Assembly (NCBI GenBank): GCA_963760125.1
Contig: CAVXBV010000007.1
Span: 129,613-193,612 of the forward strand
DNA length: 64,000 bases
Direction of reading: 5' to 3'
DNA from: an uncultured Actinomycetota bacterium
Lineage (GTDB): Bacteria; Actinomycetota; Actinomycetes; Mycobacteriales; SCTD01
Made by a program: the position numbers and the translations under genes. This document shows positions 41,221 to 50,945 of this stretch, piece by piece. The first letter of the stretch is position 1. Each line of letters starts with the position of its first letter. The notes under the pieces are model-generated. The model was not told the DNA's origin. It made no database searches and saw nothing but the letters and a program-made list of their open reading frames with translations.

Positions 41221-42612
41221 GTGAGCGAGGGCCTGCTCGACCGGGAGATCGCCTTCCTCGACGCGCTCCGCCACGCCGGTCTGACCGTCTCGCTCGCCGA
41301 GGTTCTCGACAGCACTCGGGCGATGGGTGCGATCGACCTGCTCGACCGCGAGGCCCTGCGCGCCGCCTTCGCAGCGTGCGTGCTGAAGCGGCCGGCGCAC
41401 CGCACGACCTTCGACACGCTGTTCGACCTGTGGTTCCCGCCGGTGATCGGCGACCAGTCCCGCTTCGACGAGGACCCGCTCGACGGGCTCGACGGCGAGG
41501 GAGGGGAGCCGCCGGACAACGACGCCTACCGCGAGATGCTCCGCCAGCTGCTGCTCGACGGCGACGAGGAGCTGATGAAGCGCTTCGCCCGCCAGGTGGT
41601 TCAGGGCCTCGGGCGTGCGGACACCGCTCCTGGGCGGCAGTCGTGGTTCTCCTACCGCGTCCTGCGGCAGCTCTCGCCGGAGACGTTGATGGCCTCGTTG
41701 CTCGACGCGATGCTGCAGGGCCAGGACCGGGGCGGGATGGCGGAGAAGGTCGCCCGCCAGACGATCCAGGAGCGCACCAAGAAGTTTCAGGAGCTCGTCG
41801 AGGCGGAGGTACGCCGCAGGCTGGCCGAGGACCGCGGGGCCGAGCAGATCTCCAAGACCGCGGTGCAGCCGCTGGCCGAGCAGGTCGACTTCCTGCGCGC
41901 GTCCCGTAACGACATGGCCGAGCTGCGCCGCCAGGTGTTCCCGCTGGCCCGTCGGCTGGCGACGCGGCTCACCGCGCGCAGGCGCTTGGGGAAGACCGGG
42001 AAGCTGGACTTCCGCCGTACCGTCCGGGCCTCGCTCGCGACGGGTGGGGTGCCGATCGTGACGCACCACAAGCCGCACAAGCCGCACAAGCCCGAGCTCG
42101 TCGTGCTGTGCGACGTCAGCGGATCGGTCGCCGGGTTCGCCCACTTCACGCTGATGCTGGCCTATGCGCTGTCCGAGCAGTTCACCAAGGTGCGGGCGTT
42201 CGCCTTCATCGACACCTGCGACGAGGTGACGCGCTTCTTCACGCCGGGCGGCGACGTCGCGGACGCGTTGGCGCGGATGAGTGCCGAGGCCAACCTCGTC
42301 TGGTTCGACGGGCACAGCGACTACGGCCACTCGATCGAGAAGTTCGCCGAGGAGTACCCGGACGCCGTCGGGCCGCGGACGTCGTTGCTGATCCTGGGCG
42401 ACGCGCGCAACAACTACCGGGCCACCGGCGCCCAGACCCTCAAGCAGCTCGTGCAGCGCTCCCGGCACGCGTACTGGCTCAACCCTGAGCCAGCGGCGTA
42501 CTGGGGGAGCGGGGACTCCGCGACGAACGCCTACGCCGAGCTCATCGAGATGGTCGAGGTGCGCAACGCCGTTCAGCTCGAGGAGTTCGTGCAGCGGTTG
42601 CTTCCCGTCTAG
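41221..42612 (+). CDS. VWA domain protein (CoxE-like)
   Basis: The C-terminal VWA/MIDAS region begins VVLCDVSGSV, and the overall architecture is CoxE-like. It lies immediately downstream of the MoxR ATPase. Confidence 0.8.
   Translation: MSEGLLDREIAFLDALRHAGLTVSLAEVLDSTRAMGAIDLLDREALRAAFAACVLKRPAHRTTFDTLFDLWFPPVIGDQSRFDEDPLDGLDGEGGEPPDNDAYREMLRQLLLDGDEELMKRFARQVVQGLGRADTAPGRQSWFSYRVLRQLSPETLMASLLDAMLQGQDRGGMAEKVARQTIQERTKKFQELVEAEVRRRLAEDRGAEQISKTAVQPLAEQVDFLRASRNDMAELRRQVFPLARRLATRLTARRRLGKTGKLDFRRTVRASLATGGVPIVTHHKPHKPHKPELVVLCDVSGSVAGFAHFTLMLAYALSEQFTKVRAFAFIDTCDEVTRFFTPGGDVADALARMSAEANLVWFDGHSDYGHSIEKFAEEYPDAVGPRTSLLILGDARNNYRATGAQTLKQLVQRSRHAYWLNPEPAAYWGSGDSATNAYAELIEMVEVRNAVQLEEFVQRLLPV
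42067..42093 (+). repeat. 9-bp in-frame tandem repeat x3 (HKP)3 inside the VWA gene
   Basis: The units are cacaagccg, cacaagccg and cacaagccc. Confidence 0.8.
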
Positions 42613-43553
42613 AGCAGGAAGCCGACCACGTCGAGCAGCACGTGGGTCGCTCCGCTGACGAAGATCTGCACGCTGCTGGCGGTGCCGACCGTCAGGGTGA
42701 AGCCGTTCGCGACCGTCTGCCCCGCCACGTAGTTCAGGGTGCTGGTCGTGGGTCGCTGCTTGCCGGTCGGGTAGAGGGTGGCGAACCCCGGCTTGGTGGG
42801 TCCGACGACCGTGAGGTTGCCGATGATGCCCACGGCCTCGGCCGGGATGGTCTGCCCCAGGTAGGTGAGGTTGCAGACCTGCAGCGCGTGGTCGCTGACG
42901 CTGGCGTACGCACCGGTGTTGGTCACGCGCGCCGGCTTGTCGCGCGTGTCCAGCAGCCGGATCGGGGACGACAGCAGGTGGGTCGCGCCACCGGCGTAGT
43001 TCGGGCGGACGGTGGCGACGCGCAGCCACTCCTTGTCGTTCCACAGGAACATCTCGCCGAAGGCGTCGCGGACCTGCTCGCCGGCGAACCCGTCGTACGG
43101 CGGGACCCCTGCCGCGTCGGCGAAGACCGCGCTGATCCGGCCGTTGCCCATCGCCGCGAGGTCGAGACCGGTGCCGAGGGCCTGACCCTCGACGCCGTTT
43201 CCGGTGCCGCCCAGAGCCTTGCCGATGACGCCGTTGTCGCCGGAGTCGGTCACGCCGTAGACGCCGGTGCGGGTGCTCGACCAGCCGGTCACCGCTCCGG
43301 GGTTGGTCGACTCCGGCGCCACGTGGGTGGTGTTGTCGTTGACGAACAGCACCTGGTCCGGCTCGCTGGTCGAGCGCAGGGTGGTCGTCGACGTCGCGTC
43401 GTTCGTTGCGCCGAGGACGAGGCTCCCGCCGTTGGCGGCGCTCGCCACCTGGGTGTCGAGCACGGTCAGGGCGGTCACGCCCGCCGCGACGGCACCCAGG
43501 GCGCGGAAGGCCCCTCGACGGTCGGTCACCTTGATCGGGTCGTTCTCGGACAT
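42609..43553 (-). CDS. Tat-signal secreted protein of unknown function
   Basis: Twin-arginine leader TDRRGAFRALGAVAAGVTAL, a Gly/Thr-rich middle, and a C-terminal RLLDTR...IIGNLTVV...ATLYP...STLNY domain seen in many actinobacterial secreted proteins. The stop shares a CTAG with the VWA gene stop. Confidence 0.6.
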   Translation of the reverse strand: MSENDPIKVTDRRGAFRALGAVAAGVTALTVLDTQVASAANGGSLVLGATNDATSTTTLRSTSEPDQVLFVNDNTTHVAPESTNPGAVTGWSSTRTGVYGVTDSGDNGVIGKALGGTGNGVEGQALGTGLDLAAMGNGRISAVFADAAGVPPYDGFAGEQVRDAFGEMFLWNDKEWLRVATVRPNYAGGATHLLSSPIRLLDTRDKPARVTNTGAYASVSDHALQVCNLTYLGQTIPAEAVGIIGNLTVVGPTKPGFATLYPTGKQRPTTSTLNYVAGQTVANGFTLTVGTASSVQIFVSGATHVLLDVVGFLL

Positions 43554-43619
43554 GCGGATCCTCCGAAGTCGTGGGCGTGCTTGTCGAACCCATCGGCATC
43601 CGCGTGCGTCCTATGAAGC

Positions 43620-44162
43620 ATGGATGCGGAAAAGGACGACCTCGAGGCCTGGCTCCGCCGCGACTACGCCGCGGCTTACCGCACCGCCTGCCTGGTCCTG
43701 AGGAACCCGGTCGACGCCCAGGACGCCGTCCAGGAGGCTTTCCTGCGGGTCTGGCGGTTCCGCGACGCCGTCCCCCCTGGCGAGGCGCGCAAGGCCTGGC
43801 TCTACCGCGTCGTGGTCAACGCCTGCCTGTCGCGCCTGCGGGCCGAGAAGAGCCGGACCGGCAAGGACTCCGGGGACCTGGGGCTCGAGAGGTTGCCCGA
43901 CCAGACGGCATCGCCGGCGGACCGGGCCGAGCAGTCCGGGCTTGCCGCCGACGTGCTGGCGGCGCTCGCCGACCTGCCCGAGACCCTGCGCGTCCCGCTC
44001 GTCCTGCGGTTCTACTCCGGCCTGTCGGAGAAGGAGATCGCCGTCGCCATCGACCGTCGCCCCGGCACCGTCAAGAGCCGCCTGTACGACGCCCGCCAGC
44101 GCCTGGCGCGCGATCCCCGGCTGTCCGCCTGGGTGACCCCTGAGACGGAGATGGCCCAGTGA
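43620..44162 (+). CDS. ECF-type RNA polymerase sigma factor
   Basis: Region 2 DAQDAVQEAFLRVWRF and region 4 HTH LSEKEIAVAIDRRPGTVKSRLYDARQRL. Confidence 0.85.
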   Translation: MDAEKDDLEAWLRRDYAAAYRTACLVLRNPVDAQDAVQEAFLRVWRFRDAVPPGEARKAWLYRVVVNACLSRLRAEKSRTGKDSGDLGLERLPDQTASPADRAEQSGLAADVLAALADLPETLRVPLVLRFYSGLSEKEIAVAIDRRPGTVKSRLYDARQRLARDPRLSAWVTPETEMAQ

Positions 44163-45307
44163 ACGCCATGATCAGCGATGCCGACCTGACCCGCCTGATG
44201 GAGGAGACGGGCTCGTCCTTCGCCGTCCCCGCCGAGGGGCCGTCGTGGGTGCTCGAGGAGCGCGGCGGCCCGTCGGCAAGGCCCTGGGTGCGGCGCCGCG
44301 CGCTTCCCCTGGGTGCCGCTGCGGCGGCGGTCGTTGCTCTCGTGCTGGTGCTGCAGTCGCTGGGTGGCAGCGGGTCCTCCCTGGACAGGCAGGAGATCCT
44401 CGGCTCCTCCGGTGGGAGCCAGGGTGCCGGGGGATCGACCGGTGGCTCGGTCGGTGGCTTCGCCAGCGCCCCGGAAGACCTGTCCTACGACGCGGGCGGG
44501 GTGGCCAGCGCGCCTGCTCCGGTCGCCGCCGCTGCCCTGCCCCCCGCGCCCGCACCGGCGACGCCGCAGAAGGGCGCCGTGTCGGGAGGGAAGGCCGGAC
44601 CAGGAGCCGGGTTCGCGGACGGCGCGCGGATCGTGCAGACCGGCAGCATCGGCCTTGTCGTCGAGAAGGGCAAGGTCACCCCGGTGGCCGTCAAGGTCCG
44701 GGCCCTCGCGGGCACCGTCGGGGGCTACGTCGCCGACGAGAAGAGCACCGAGATCGGCGACGATCCCACGTCGTCGCTCACCCTGCGCGTGCCGGTCGCG
44801 GCCTTCCCGAAGACCGTTGACGCCGTACGCAACACCGTGGGCGACGGGATCGGGAAGGTCGAGTCGTCGACGGCGAGCGGCGCGGACATCACCGTGCAGT
44901 ACGCCGACCTGGAGGCCCAGCTGGTGTCGCTGCGCGCCGCGCGCGACAGGTTCCTCGCGATCCTGGCCAAGGCGAACACGATCGGCGAGACCCTCAGCGT
45001 CCAGCAGCGGGTGGACGGCGTGCAGGGCCAGATCGACCAGCTCGAAGGCCGTCGGCGGGTGCTGGAGAAGCAGAGCGACCTGGCGACGCTGACCGTGACG
45101 GTGAGCGAGAAGCCCAAGGCCGTGGAGGACCTCAGGACCCGCAGTGGGCTGTCCCAGTCGTTCCACGATGCCGGGCACGGCTTCACCAGCGGCGTGCAGT
45201 GGCTCATCGCGCACAGCGGGCGCGCGCTGCTCGTGCTGATCGTCGGGGCGATCGCCCTGCTGATCGCTCGCCTGGGCTGGCGTCTCGCGCGGCGTCGCCT
45301 GGTCTGA
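44159..45307 (+). CDS. DUF4349 domain protein (candidate anti-sigma / sigma-linked membrane protein)
   Basis: GTGA overlap with the sigma gene. It has an N-terminal cytoplasmic segment, a TM helix, a Gly/Ser/Ala-rich linker, a DUF4349-like body ([11 protein letters not shown]...LTLRVP...[12 protein letters not shown]...[10 protein letters not shown]) and a C-terminal TM helix. Confidence 0.75.
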   Translation: MNAMISDADLTRLMEETGSSFAVPAEGPSWVLEERGGPSARPWVRRRALPLGAAAAAVVALVLVLQSLGGSGSSLDRQEILGSSGGSQGAGGSTGGSVGGFASAPEDLSYDAGGVASAPAPVAAAALPPAPAPATPQKGAVSGGKAGPGAGFADGARIVQTGSIGLVVEKGKVTPVAVKVRALAGTVGGYVADEKSTEIGDDPTSSLTLRVPVAAFPKTVDAVRNTVGDGIGKVESSTASGADITVQYADLEAQLVSLRAARDRFLAILAKANTIGETLSVQQRVDGVQGQIDQLEGRRRVLEKQSDLATLTVTVSEKPKAVEDLRTRSGLSQSFHDAGHGFTSGVQWLIAHSGRALLVLIVGAIALLIARLGWRLARRRLV

Positions 45308-45332
45308 GGGCGGTCCCACTAGCCTTCCGGTC

Positions 45333-45938
45333 GTGGGCAGACGCATCGGGGTGATGGGCGGGACGTTCGACCCCGTGCACCACGGGCACCTGTCCGCGGC
45401 CAACGAGGTGCGGCACCGCTACGACCTGGACGAGGTCGTCTTCGTGCCGACCGGACAGCCCTGGCAGAAGGCGTCCCGCCAGGTGAGCCCGGCCGAGGAC
45501 CGCTACCTGATGACGGTCGTCGCCACGGCGTCGAACCCGTGCTTCTCGGTCAGCCGCATCGACGTGGACCGACCCGGTCCGACGTACACGATCGACACGC
45601 TGCGCGACCTGAAGGCGCTGCATGCCGACGCCGAGCTGTTCTTCATCACCGGCGCCGACGCGATGGCTCAGATCTTGGGCTGGCGTGACGCGTCCGAGCT
45701 GTTCGCCCTCGCCCACTTCGTGGGGGTCAGCCGTCCCGGGTACGCCGCCGCGGACCTGTCGCCCTTTCCCGTCGGCTCGGTGACGCTGCTGGAGGTCCCC
45801 GCCCTGGCCATCTCCTCCAGCGACTGCCGTCAGCGGGTCGCCGCGGGCGAGCCGGTCTGGTACCTCGTACCGGACGGCGTCGTGCAGTACATCGACAAGC
45901 GCGGGCTCTACCGCCACCACGCGAAGGACACCCCGTGA
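45333..45938 (+). CDS. nadD: nicotinate-nucleotide adenylyltransferase
   Basis: [15 protein letters not shown] (HxGH motif) and ISSSDCR near the C-terminus. Confidence 0.9.
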   Translation: MGRRIGVMGGTFDPVHHGHLSAANEVRHRYDLDEVVFVPTGQPWQKASRQVSPAEDRYLMTVVATASNPCFSVSRIDVDRPGPTYTIDTLRDLKALHADAELFFITGADAMAQILGWRDASELFALAHFVGVSRPGYAAADLSPFPVGSVTLLEVPALAISSSDCRQRVAAGEPVWYLVPDGVVQYIDKRGLYRHHAKDTP

Positions 45939-47128
45939 CCGCGACCGGCTCCCGCATGTCTCGTCGGGCCGAGGCCCAGGCCAAGCGCGCTCGGCTCCGC
46001 AAGCAGCTGCTCGTCGTGGGCGCTGCCGCCGTGGTGGCCCTCGCCGTGCTGGTGATCGTCCTCGCCGGCGGCGGGTCGAAGCAGGCCCCGAAGGTGGACG
46101 CGCAGAAGCGCACCCAGCGCACCGTGCTGATGCAGGTCACCGGCGCGGAGGGGCAAGCGGTCGCCTCAGCACTGCTGGCGCACGACAGTGCGAGCACGAC
46201 CGGTGCGGTGGTCCTGCTGCCGCCCCAGGTCCTGGTCACCGTCCCTGGCGGGGGCAGCAGCACGTTGGGAACGGTGCTGGTGAAGGGCGCCGCCGACCGC
46301 TCACGCACCGCCGTCGAGGACCTCATGGGGGTCACCATCGACAGCGGCTGGGTGCTGGACACCGCGTCGTTCCGGCGCCTCGTCGACGCCGAGGGCGGCG
46401 TGCAGGTCGCGGTCGACGTCCCGGTCCTGCAGGGACGCACCGTGCTGCTCCCGGCCGGTGGGGCGAGGCTGTCGGGCACGCAGGCGCTGCAGTTCGCGAC
46501 CTACCTCGCACCGGATGAGCAGGAGCAGACCCGCCTCGCCCGGTTGCAGGCCGTGCTGGACGCCGTGATCAACGCTCTGCCTGCCGACCTCACGCCGCTG
46601 CTGAGCTCGCTCGGCGGCGGCTCGGTGGTCACCGGGACGTCGGGGCTGCTCCCCGGGGTGCTGGCAGGACTGAAGAAGGACAACGCAGAAGCCGACCTGC
46701 AGTACCGCTCGCTCCCGGTCATCAAGGTCGAGGCCGGCAACGACGACATCAGGTTCCGGCTCGACCAGGACGCCAACACCCAGCTGGTCGACGAGCTGCT
46801 CGCGCAGTCCGTACCCGCCGGGGTGCGGGCCGAGGGGAACCGGGTGCTCGTCCTCAACGGCGTCGGCACCCCCGGCCTGGGGGAACAGGTGCGCGCCAAG
46901 CTCGTCCCCGCCGGCTTCGTGTACGTCGGTTCGCGCAACGCCGACCGGTTCAACCAGTGCTGCACGCAGGTGCTCGTCAAGGACGCCACCACCGAGGGTG
47001 GCGCGCTGGGTGCTCGCGTCGCCAAGGCACTGGGCGTTCCCGCCTCCAGCGTGAAGTCGAGCGACCAGATCGGGACGATCGCGGACGTCGTCGTCATCGT
47101 GGGCAAGGACTTCGCCGCCGGCAAGTAG
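45935..47128 (+). CDS. LCP (LytR-CpsA-Psr) family protein with a LytR_C domain
   Basis: N-terminal TM anchor, an LCP-like core and a C-terminal [13 protein letters not shown]...VGSRNAD (LytR_C). GTGA overlap with nadD. Confidence 0.75.
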   Translation: MTATGSRMSRRAEAQAKRARLRKQLLVVGAAAVVALAVLVIVLAGGGSKQAPKVDAQKRTQRTVLMQVTGAEGQAVASALLAHDSASTTGAVVLLPPQVLVTVPGGGSSTLGTVLVKGAADRSRTAVEDLMGVTIDSGWVLDTASFRRLVDAEGGVQVAVDVPVLQGRTVLLPAGGARLSGTQALQFATYLAPDEQEQTRLARLQAVLDAVINALPADLTPLLSSLGGGSVVTGTSGLLPGVLAGLKKDNAEADLQYRSLPVIKVEAGNDDIRFRLDQDANTQLVDELLAQSVPAGVRAEGNRVLVLNGVGTPGLGEQVRAKLVPAGFVYVGSRNADRFNQCCTQVLVKDATTEGGALGARVAKALGVPASSVKSSDQIGTIADVVVIVGKDFAAGK

Positions 47129-47166
47129 CCTGAGGGCTCATCGTCACCTCCTGGAAGAAGACCCCT

Positions 47167-47553
47167 GTGCCCGCCTCTGAGCGCGCGACCGAGCTGGCCC
47201 TGGCCGCTGCCCAGGCCGCTGCCGACAAGCTCGCGAGCGACGTCCTGCTGCTGGACGTCTCCGAGCAGCTGGTCATCACCGACGTGTTCCTGCTCGCGTC
47301 CGCCCCCAACGACCGCCAGGTCGTCGCCGTCGTCGACCACATCGAGGAGAAGCTGCGCGAGCTCGGCGCGAAGCCCCTGCGCCGGGAGGGCGAGAAGGAG
47401 GGCCGCTGGGTGCTGCTCGACTTCGGCGACATCGTCATCCACGTGCAGCACCAGGAGGAGCGGGTCTTCTACGCCCTCGAGCGGCTGTGGAAGGACTGCC
47501 CGGTGATCCCCTTCGTGGACGCCGACCTCGAGCGCTCGGCCGGTCGGCCCTGA
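47167..47553 (+). CDS. rsfS: ribosome silencing factor RsfS
   Basis: DKLASDVLLLDVSE...FLLASAPNDRQV...WVLLDFGDIVIHVQ...FYALERLW. Confidence 0.9.
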   Translation: MPASERATELALAAAQAAADKLASDVLLLDVSEQLVITDVFLLASAPNDRQVVAVVDHIEEKLRELGAKPLRREGEKEGRWVLLDFGDIVIHVQHQEERVFYALERLWKDCPVIPFVDADLERSAGRP

Positions 47554-48170
47554 GACGCGTCGTCCTGCTCCGCCACGGACGGACGGCGCACAACGCCGAC
47601 GGCCGGATCCAAGGGCAGCTCGACACCCCGCTCGACGAGGTAGGGCTGGTCCAGGCCGAAGCCCTCGGGACGGTCTTCGCCACCGATCCGCCGGCTGTCG
47701 TCGTGAGCTCGGACCTGATGCGGGCGCGGTCGACGGCCCAGGCCGTGTGCGACCACGTCGGCCTCCCGCTGCTGCTCGACCAGCGGCTCCGCGAGACCTT
47801 CTTCGGCCAGTGGCAGGGGATGACCGGCGTCGAGGTGTCCGCCCAGTGGCCGGAGGAGTACGTCGCCTGGCGGGCCTTCCGGGGCGGTCCCGTCGGCGGC
47901 GAGAGCCACGTGCAGGTGGGGGAGCGCGCAGCGGCGGCCGTGCTCGAGCACGCGCCTGCTGCGGGCACCCTGCTCGCCGTTACCCACGGAGGTACGGCCC
48001 GAGCAATCGCCGGCCGGCTGATGGAGCTCGACCCGTCCACCTGGTGGCGCCTGGCCGCGCTCGGCAACACCTGCTGGACCACGCTGGTGGAGTCCGAGAG
48101 AGGGTGGCGCCTCGAGCGGCACAACACCGGCCTCGGGCCTCTGCTCGGCGACGCCACCGGCGCCCGCTGA
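47487..48170 (+). CDS. histidine phosphatase family protein (phosphoglycerate mutase-like)
   Basis: RHG motif in VVLLRHGRTAHN and a second His in LAVTHGG. The start is uncertain: GTG 47487 overlaps rsfS by 67 nt, and the conserved part begins at about 47550. Confidence 0.8.
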   Translation: MEGLPGDPLRGRRPRALGRSALRRVVLLRHGRTAHNADGRIQGQLDTPLDEVGLVQAEALGTVFATDPPAVVVSSDLMRARSTAQAVCDHVGLPLLLDQRLRETFFGQWQGMTGVEVSAQWPEEYVAWRAFRGGPVGGESHVQVGERAAAAVLEHAPAAGTLLAVTHGGTARAIAGRLMELDPSTWWRLAALGNTCWTTLVESERGWRLERHNTGLGPLLGDATGAR

Positions 48171-48213
48171 GCACGGCCGACGGCGACGTCTTGTAGGCTG
48201 CTCCGAGCACCAC

Positions 48214-48286
48214 GGGGCTGTGGCGCAGCTGGTAGCGCACCACACTGGCAGTGTGGGGGTCAGGGGTTCGAGTCCCCTCAGCTCCA
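48214..48286 (+). tRNA. tRNA-Ala (anticodon GGC), CCA not encoded
   Basis: GGGGCTGTGGCGCAGCTGGTAGCGCACCACACTGGCAGTGTGGGGGTCAGGGGTTCGAGTCCCCTCAGCTCCA. The anticodon loop is CTGGCAG and the G3:U70 Ala identity pair is present. Confidence 0.9.
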
Positions 48287-48305
48287 CCCGGAAAGTGCAG
48301 GTCAG

Positions 48306-48328
48306 GGCCTTGATCATCGATCAGGGCC
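48306..48328. terminator. hairpin between tRNA-Ala and the convergent TetR gene (possible bidirectional terminator)
   Basis: GGCCTTGATC-ATC-GATCAGGGCC forms a 10-bp stem (one G-U pair) with a 3-nt loop. It is followed on the plus strand by CTTACTGCTGTCTG. Confidence 0.35.
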
Positions 48329-48387
48329 CTTACTGCTGTCTGCGCCCGGCCACGCACCGGCCGCGGCCGCTGGTGATCGACCCCGAG

Positions 48388-48987
48388 TCAGGACAGGCCG
48401 GGGATCAGGAACTCCTGGAGATAGGCCTGCAGGGAGGCGGGGTCGTCGGCGTCCACGGTGTCGCCGGTGACGGTGGCCAGCGACAGCACGGCGCGCAGAA
48501 CCCACTCCGCCGCGCGAGGCACGTCGAGGTCGACCCGCACCTCACCCGTCGAGCGGGCGGCGATCAGGTAGCCGTGCCAGAAGTCCGCCACGCCGGGGAC
48601 GATCTCGCGCACCCCGGTGCCGAGCACGGCGGCGAACGCCGCAGGTTCGCGTTCGCGCAGCTCAAGCAGCAGTGGGCGAGGTTCGAGGGAGCGGGCCAGC
48701 AGGACGGCCTCGGCGACCTTGGCGGCCAGGCCGTCGACGGCGTGCAGCCGGGCGTGGGCCGCTGCCCAGAAGGACTCGTCGAGGCGGACCAGGGCGGCGC
48801 CGACCAACGAGGGCTTGTCCGGGAAGTGCCGGTAGAGCCAGGCGCGGGAGACGCCGGCCTCCTCAGCCACGCCCGCCACCGTCGTACGACGGATGCCGTC
48901 GCGGCGCAGGCAGACCTCGGTGGCGTCGAGCAGTCGGTCGCGCACCGTCGGTGCCGTAGTGGGCGTCACAGTTCGGCCTGGCCCCAT
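48388..48987 (-). CDS. TetR/AcrR family transcriptional regulator
   Basis: HTH TTVAGVAEEAGVSRAWLYRHFPDK. ATG 48987 overlaps the stop of the upstream monooxygenase (TGATG). The track ORF extending to 49371 was trimmed. Confidence 0.8.
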   Translation of the reverse strand: MGPGRTVTPTTAPTVRDRLLDATEVCLRRDGIRRTTVAGVAEEAGVSRAWLYRHFPDKPSLVGAALVRLDESFWAAAHARLHAVDGLAAKVAEAVLLARSLEPRPLLLELREREPAAFAAVLGTGVREIVPGVADFWHGYLIAARSTGEVRVDLDVPRAAEWVLRAVLSLATVTGDTVDADDPASLQAYLQEFLIPGLS

Positions 48988-50891
48988 CAGGTGAGGACGA
49001 AGTCGTCGAGGTCGGGGGAGCGGGTCCAGGTCCAGAAGTCGATGAGCCGCCAGGGGCTCAGGCCGTGCACCTCGCCCTGATCGTTCTGGTAGAAGGAGTG
49101 CTCGATGTGGGGGGACGCCCACACGAGGGTCCTCATCTCGGCCTGGGTGCGGGCGTACCAGTCGTCGTGCTTGTCCTGACGGGGCTCCATGGCCCGGTGG
49201 CCGCCGGCCAGCAACTGCTGCAGGCACTGGACGACGTACCGGACCTCGCACTCCGAGTGGAAGATCAGCGAGCCGCCGCTGGCGAGGTTCGTCCCCGGCC
49301 CGTACAGGCAGAAGAAGTTGGGGAAGCCAGGGACCGTCATGCCCAGGTACGCCGAGGGGCGCGTCCCCCACTGCTCCCTGAGGTCCTGACCGTCACGACC
49401 CAGCACCGTCAGTGGCAGCAGCATCTCGTTCGGCCGGAAGCCGGTCGCGTAGACGAGGACGTCGGCGGGGTAGCGCTGACCGTCGGCGCCGACGACCGCG
49501 TCCGGCTCGAGGTGGGCGACGCCGTCCCGCACGAGCGTCACGTCGTCGCGCGTGAGGGTGCGCAGCCAGCTCCCGTTGTCCTGCAGGGTCCTCTTGCCGG
49601 TCGGCGGGTAGGTCGGGACGACCTTCGTGAGCAAGTCAGGGTCATCCCCGACCTGGCTGGCGATCCAGTCGGTGAACATCACGCGCGTCAGGTCGTTGAT
49701 CTCACTCACCGCGTGCTGCTGGTCCTGCCACGCCGGATCGACCCGCGCGGCCACGAAGCCGCTGTCACAGCCTGGCCAGAAGATGAGGAAGCGGTACCAC
49801 CGGGCGTAGAAGGGCAGGTGCCGCAGGGCCCAGGTGACCCCCGGTCCGACCTCGTCGTGATAGCTCGGGTTCGGGAACATCCACTGCGCGCTGCGTTGGA
49901 AGATCGTGAGGCTCTTCACCCGGTCGGCGATGGTCGGAGCGATCTGGAAGCCGGTGGCCCCGGCGCCGATCATCACGACGTCCTTGCCGGTCAGGTCGAC
50001 CTCGTGGTCCCAGCGGGCGGTGTGAAAAGCCGGGCCGTCGAAGCTCCCCTCGAGAGCAGGCACGAACGGTCGGTTGAGCTGACCCACGGCGCTGATGACG
50101 GCCCTGGCGGTCAGGGCCTCGCCGTTGTCCAGCCGCACCGACCAGGTCGCGGCGGCCTCGTCCCAGGTCGCGCCGAGGACCTCGGTGCTGAAGCGCACGT
50201 GCTGCTGGACCGCGTGCTTCTCCATGACCTGCTGGAAGTACGCCTGCAGCTCCGGCTGCTGGGCGAAGAACTCCGTCCAGTGGTCGGAGGGCTCGAAGCT
50301 GTAGCAGTAGAAGTGGTTGCCGACGTCGACGCGGGCGCCCGGGTAGCTGTTCTCCCACCAGGTCCCACCCACCCCGGCGTTCTTCTCCACGACGGTGTAC
50401 TGGATGCCCGCCTCCTGCAGCCGGATCGCGGCGAGCAGGCCCGACATGCCGAGGCCGATGACGACGACCGGGAAGTCCGAGGGGTTCACAGATGGGTGAG
50501 TGGCCGCACGGGCATCCGCACCGTCGAGCTCCATCTCCTCCAGCATCATCGGGACGTACTCGTCAGGGACCTGCTCGCAGACCAGCCAGCTCATCATCCG
50601 CTGCAGCGTCGAGGCGTCCATCGGTGCCGGCTCCGGGCACCCCCGGTCCCGGTAGTCCTGGATGACCCCGAGGGCGAAGCGGCGCGCCGCCGCCTTGTCC
50701 GGCTCGGACATGTAGCCCTGGACCTCGTTGAGGAACAGGCCCTGGGGTCGGAGCGGCCCGTCGAGCAGGGAGAGGTCACCCGTCATGTGCACGCACGACA
50801 GCAGCAGGGTGGGGATCGACACGTCCTCCAGCGCGGCGGCGATGTCCGCGTCGGTCGTCGTGAACGGCAGGCCCGCGTGCTGGTTGCGCAT
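48987..50891 (-). CDS. flavin-dependent Baeyer-Villiger-type monooxygenase (class B) with an N-terminal extension of about 150 aa
   Basis: FAD GxGxxG motif VVVIGLGMSGL, BVMO fingerprint FDGPAFHTARWD (FxGxxxHxxxWD) and a second dinucleotide motif VVMIGAGATG. Confidence 0.85.
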   Translation of the reverse strand: MRNQHAGLPFTTTDADIAAALEDVSIPTLLLSCVHMTGDLSLLDGPLRPQGLFLNEVQGYMSEPDKAAARRFALGVIQDYRDRGCPEPAPMDASTLQRMMSWLVCEQVPDEYVPMMLEEMELDGADARAATHPSVNPSDFPVVVIGLGMSGLLAAIRLQEAGIQYTVVEKNAGVGGTWWENSYPGARVDVGNHFYCYSFEPSDHWTEFFAQQPELQAYFQQVMEKHAVQQHVRFSTEVLGATWDEAAATWSVRLDNGEALTARAVISAVGQLNRPFVPALEGSFDGPAFHTARWDHEVDLTGKDVVMIGAGATGFQIAPTIADRVKSLTIFQRSAQWMFPNPSYHDEVGPGVTWALRHLPFYARWYRFLIFWPGCDSGFVAARVDPAWQDQQHAVSEINDLTRVMFTDWIASQVGDDPDLLTKVVPTYPPTGKRTLQDNGSWLRTLTRDDVTLVRDGVAHLEPDAVVGADGQRYPADVLVYATGFRPNEMLLPLTVLGRDGQDLREQWGTRPSAYLGMTVPGFPNFFCLYGPGTNLASGGSLIFHSECEVRYVVQCLQQLLAGGHRAMEPRQDKHDDWYARTQAEMRTLVWASPHIEHSFYQNDQGEVHGLSPWRLIDFWTWTRSPDLDDFVLT

Positions 50892-50945
50892 GTCCCGGGA
50901 AGGTACACAGTTGTGCGGAAGTGTCTACCCGCCTAGGTTGCGCCG

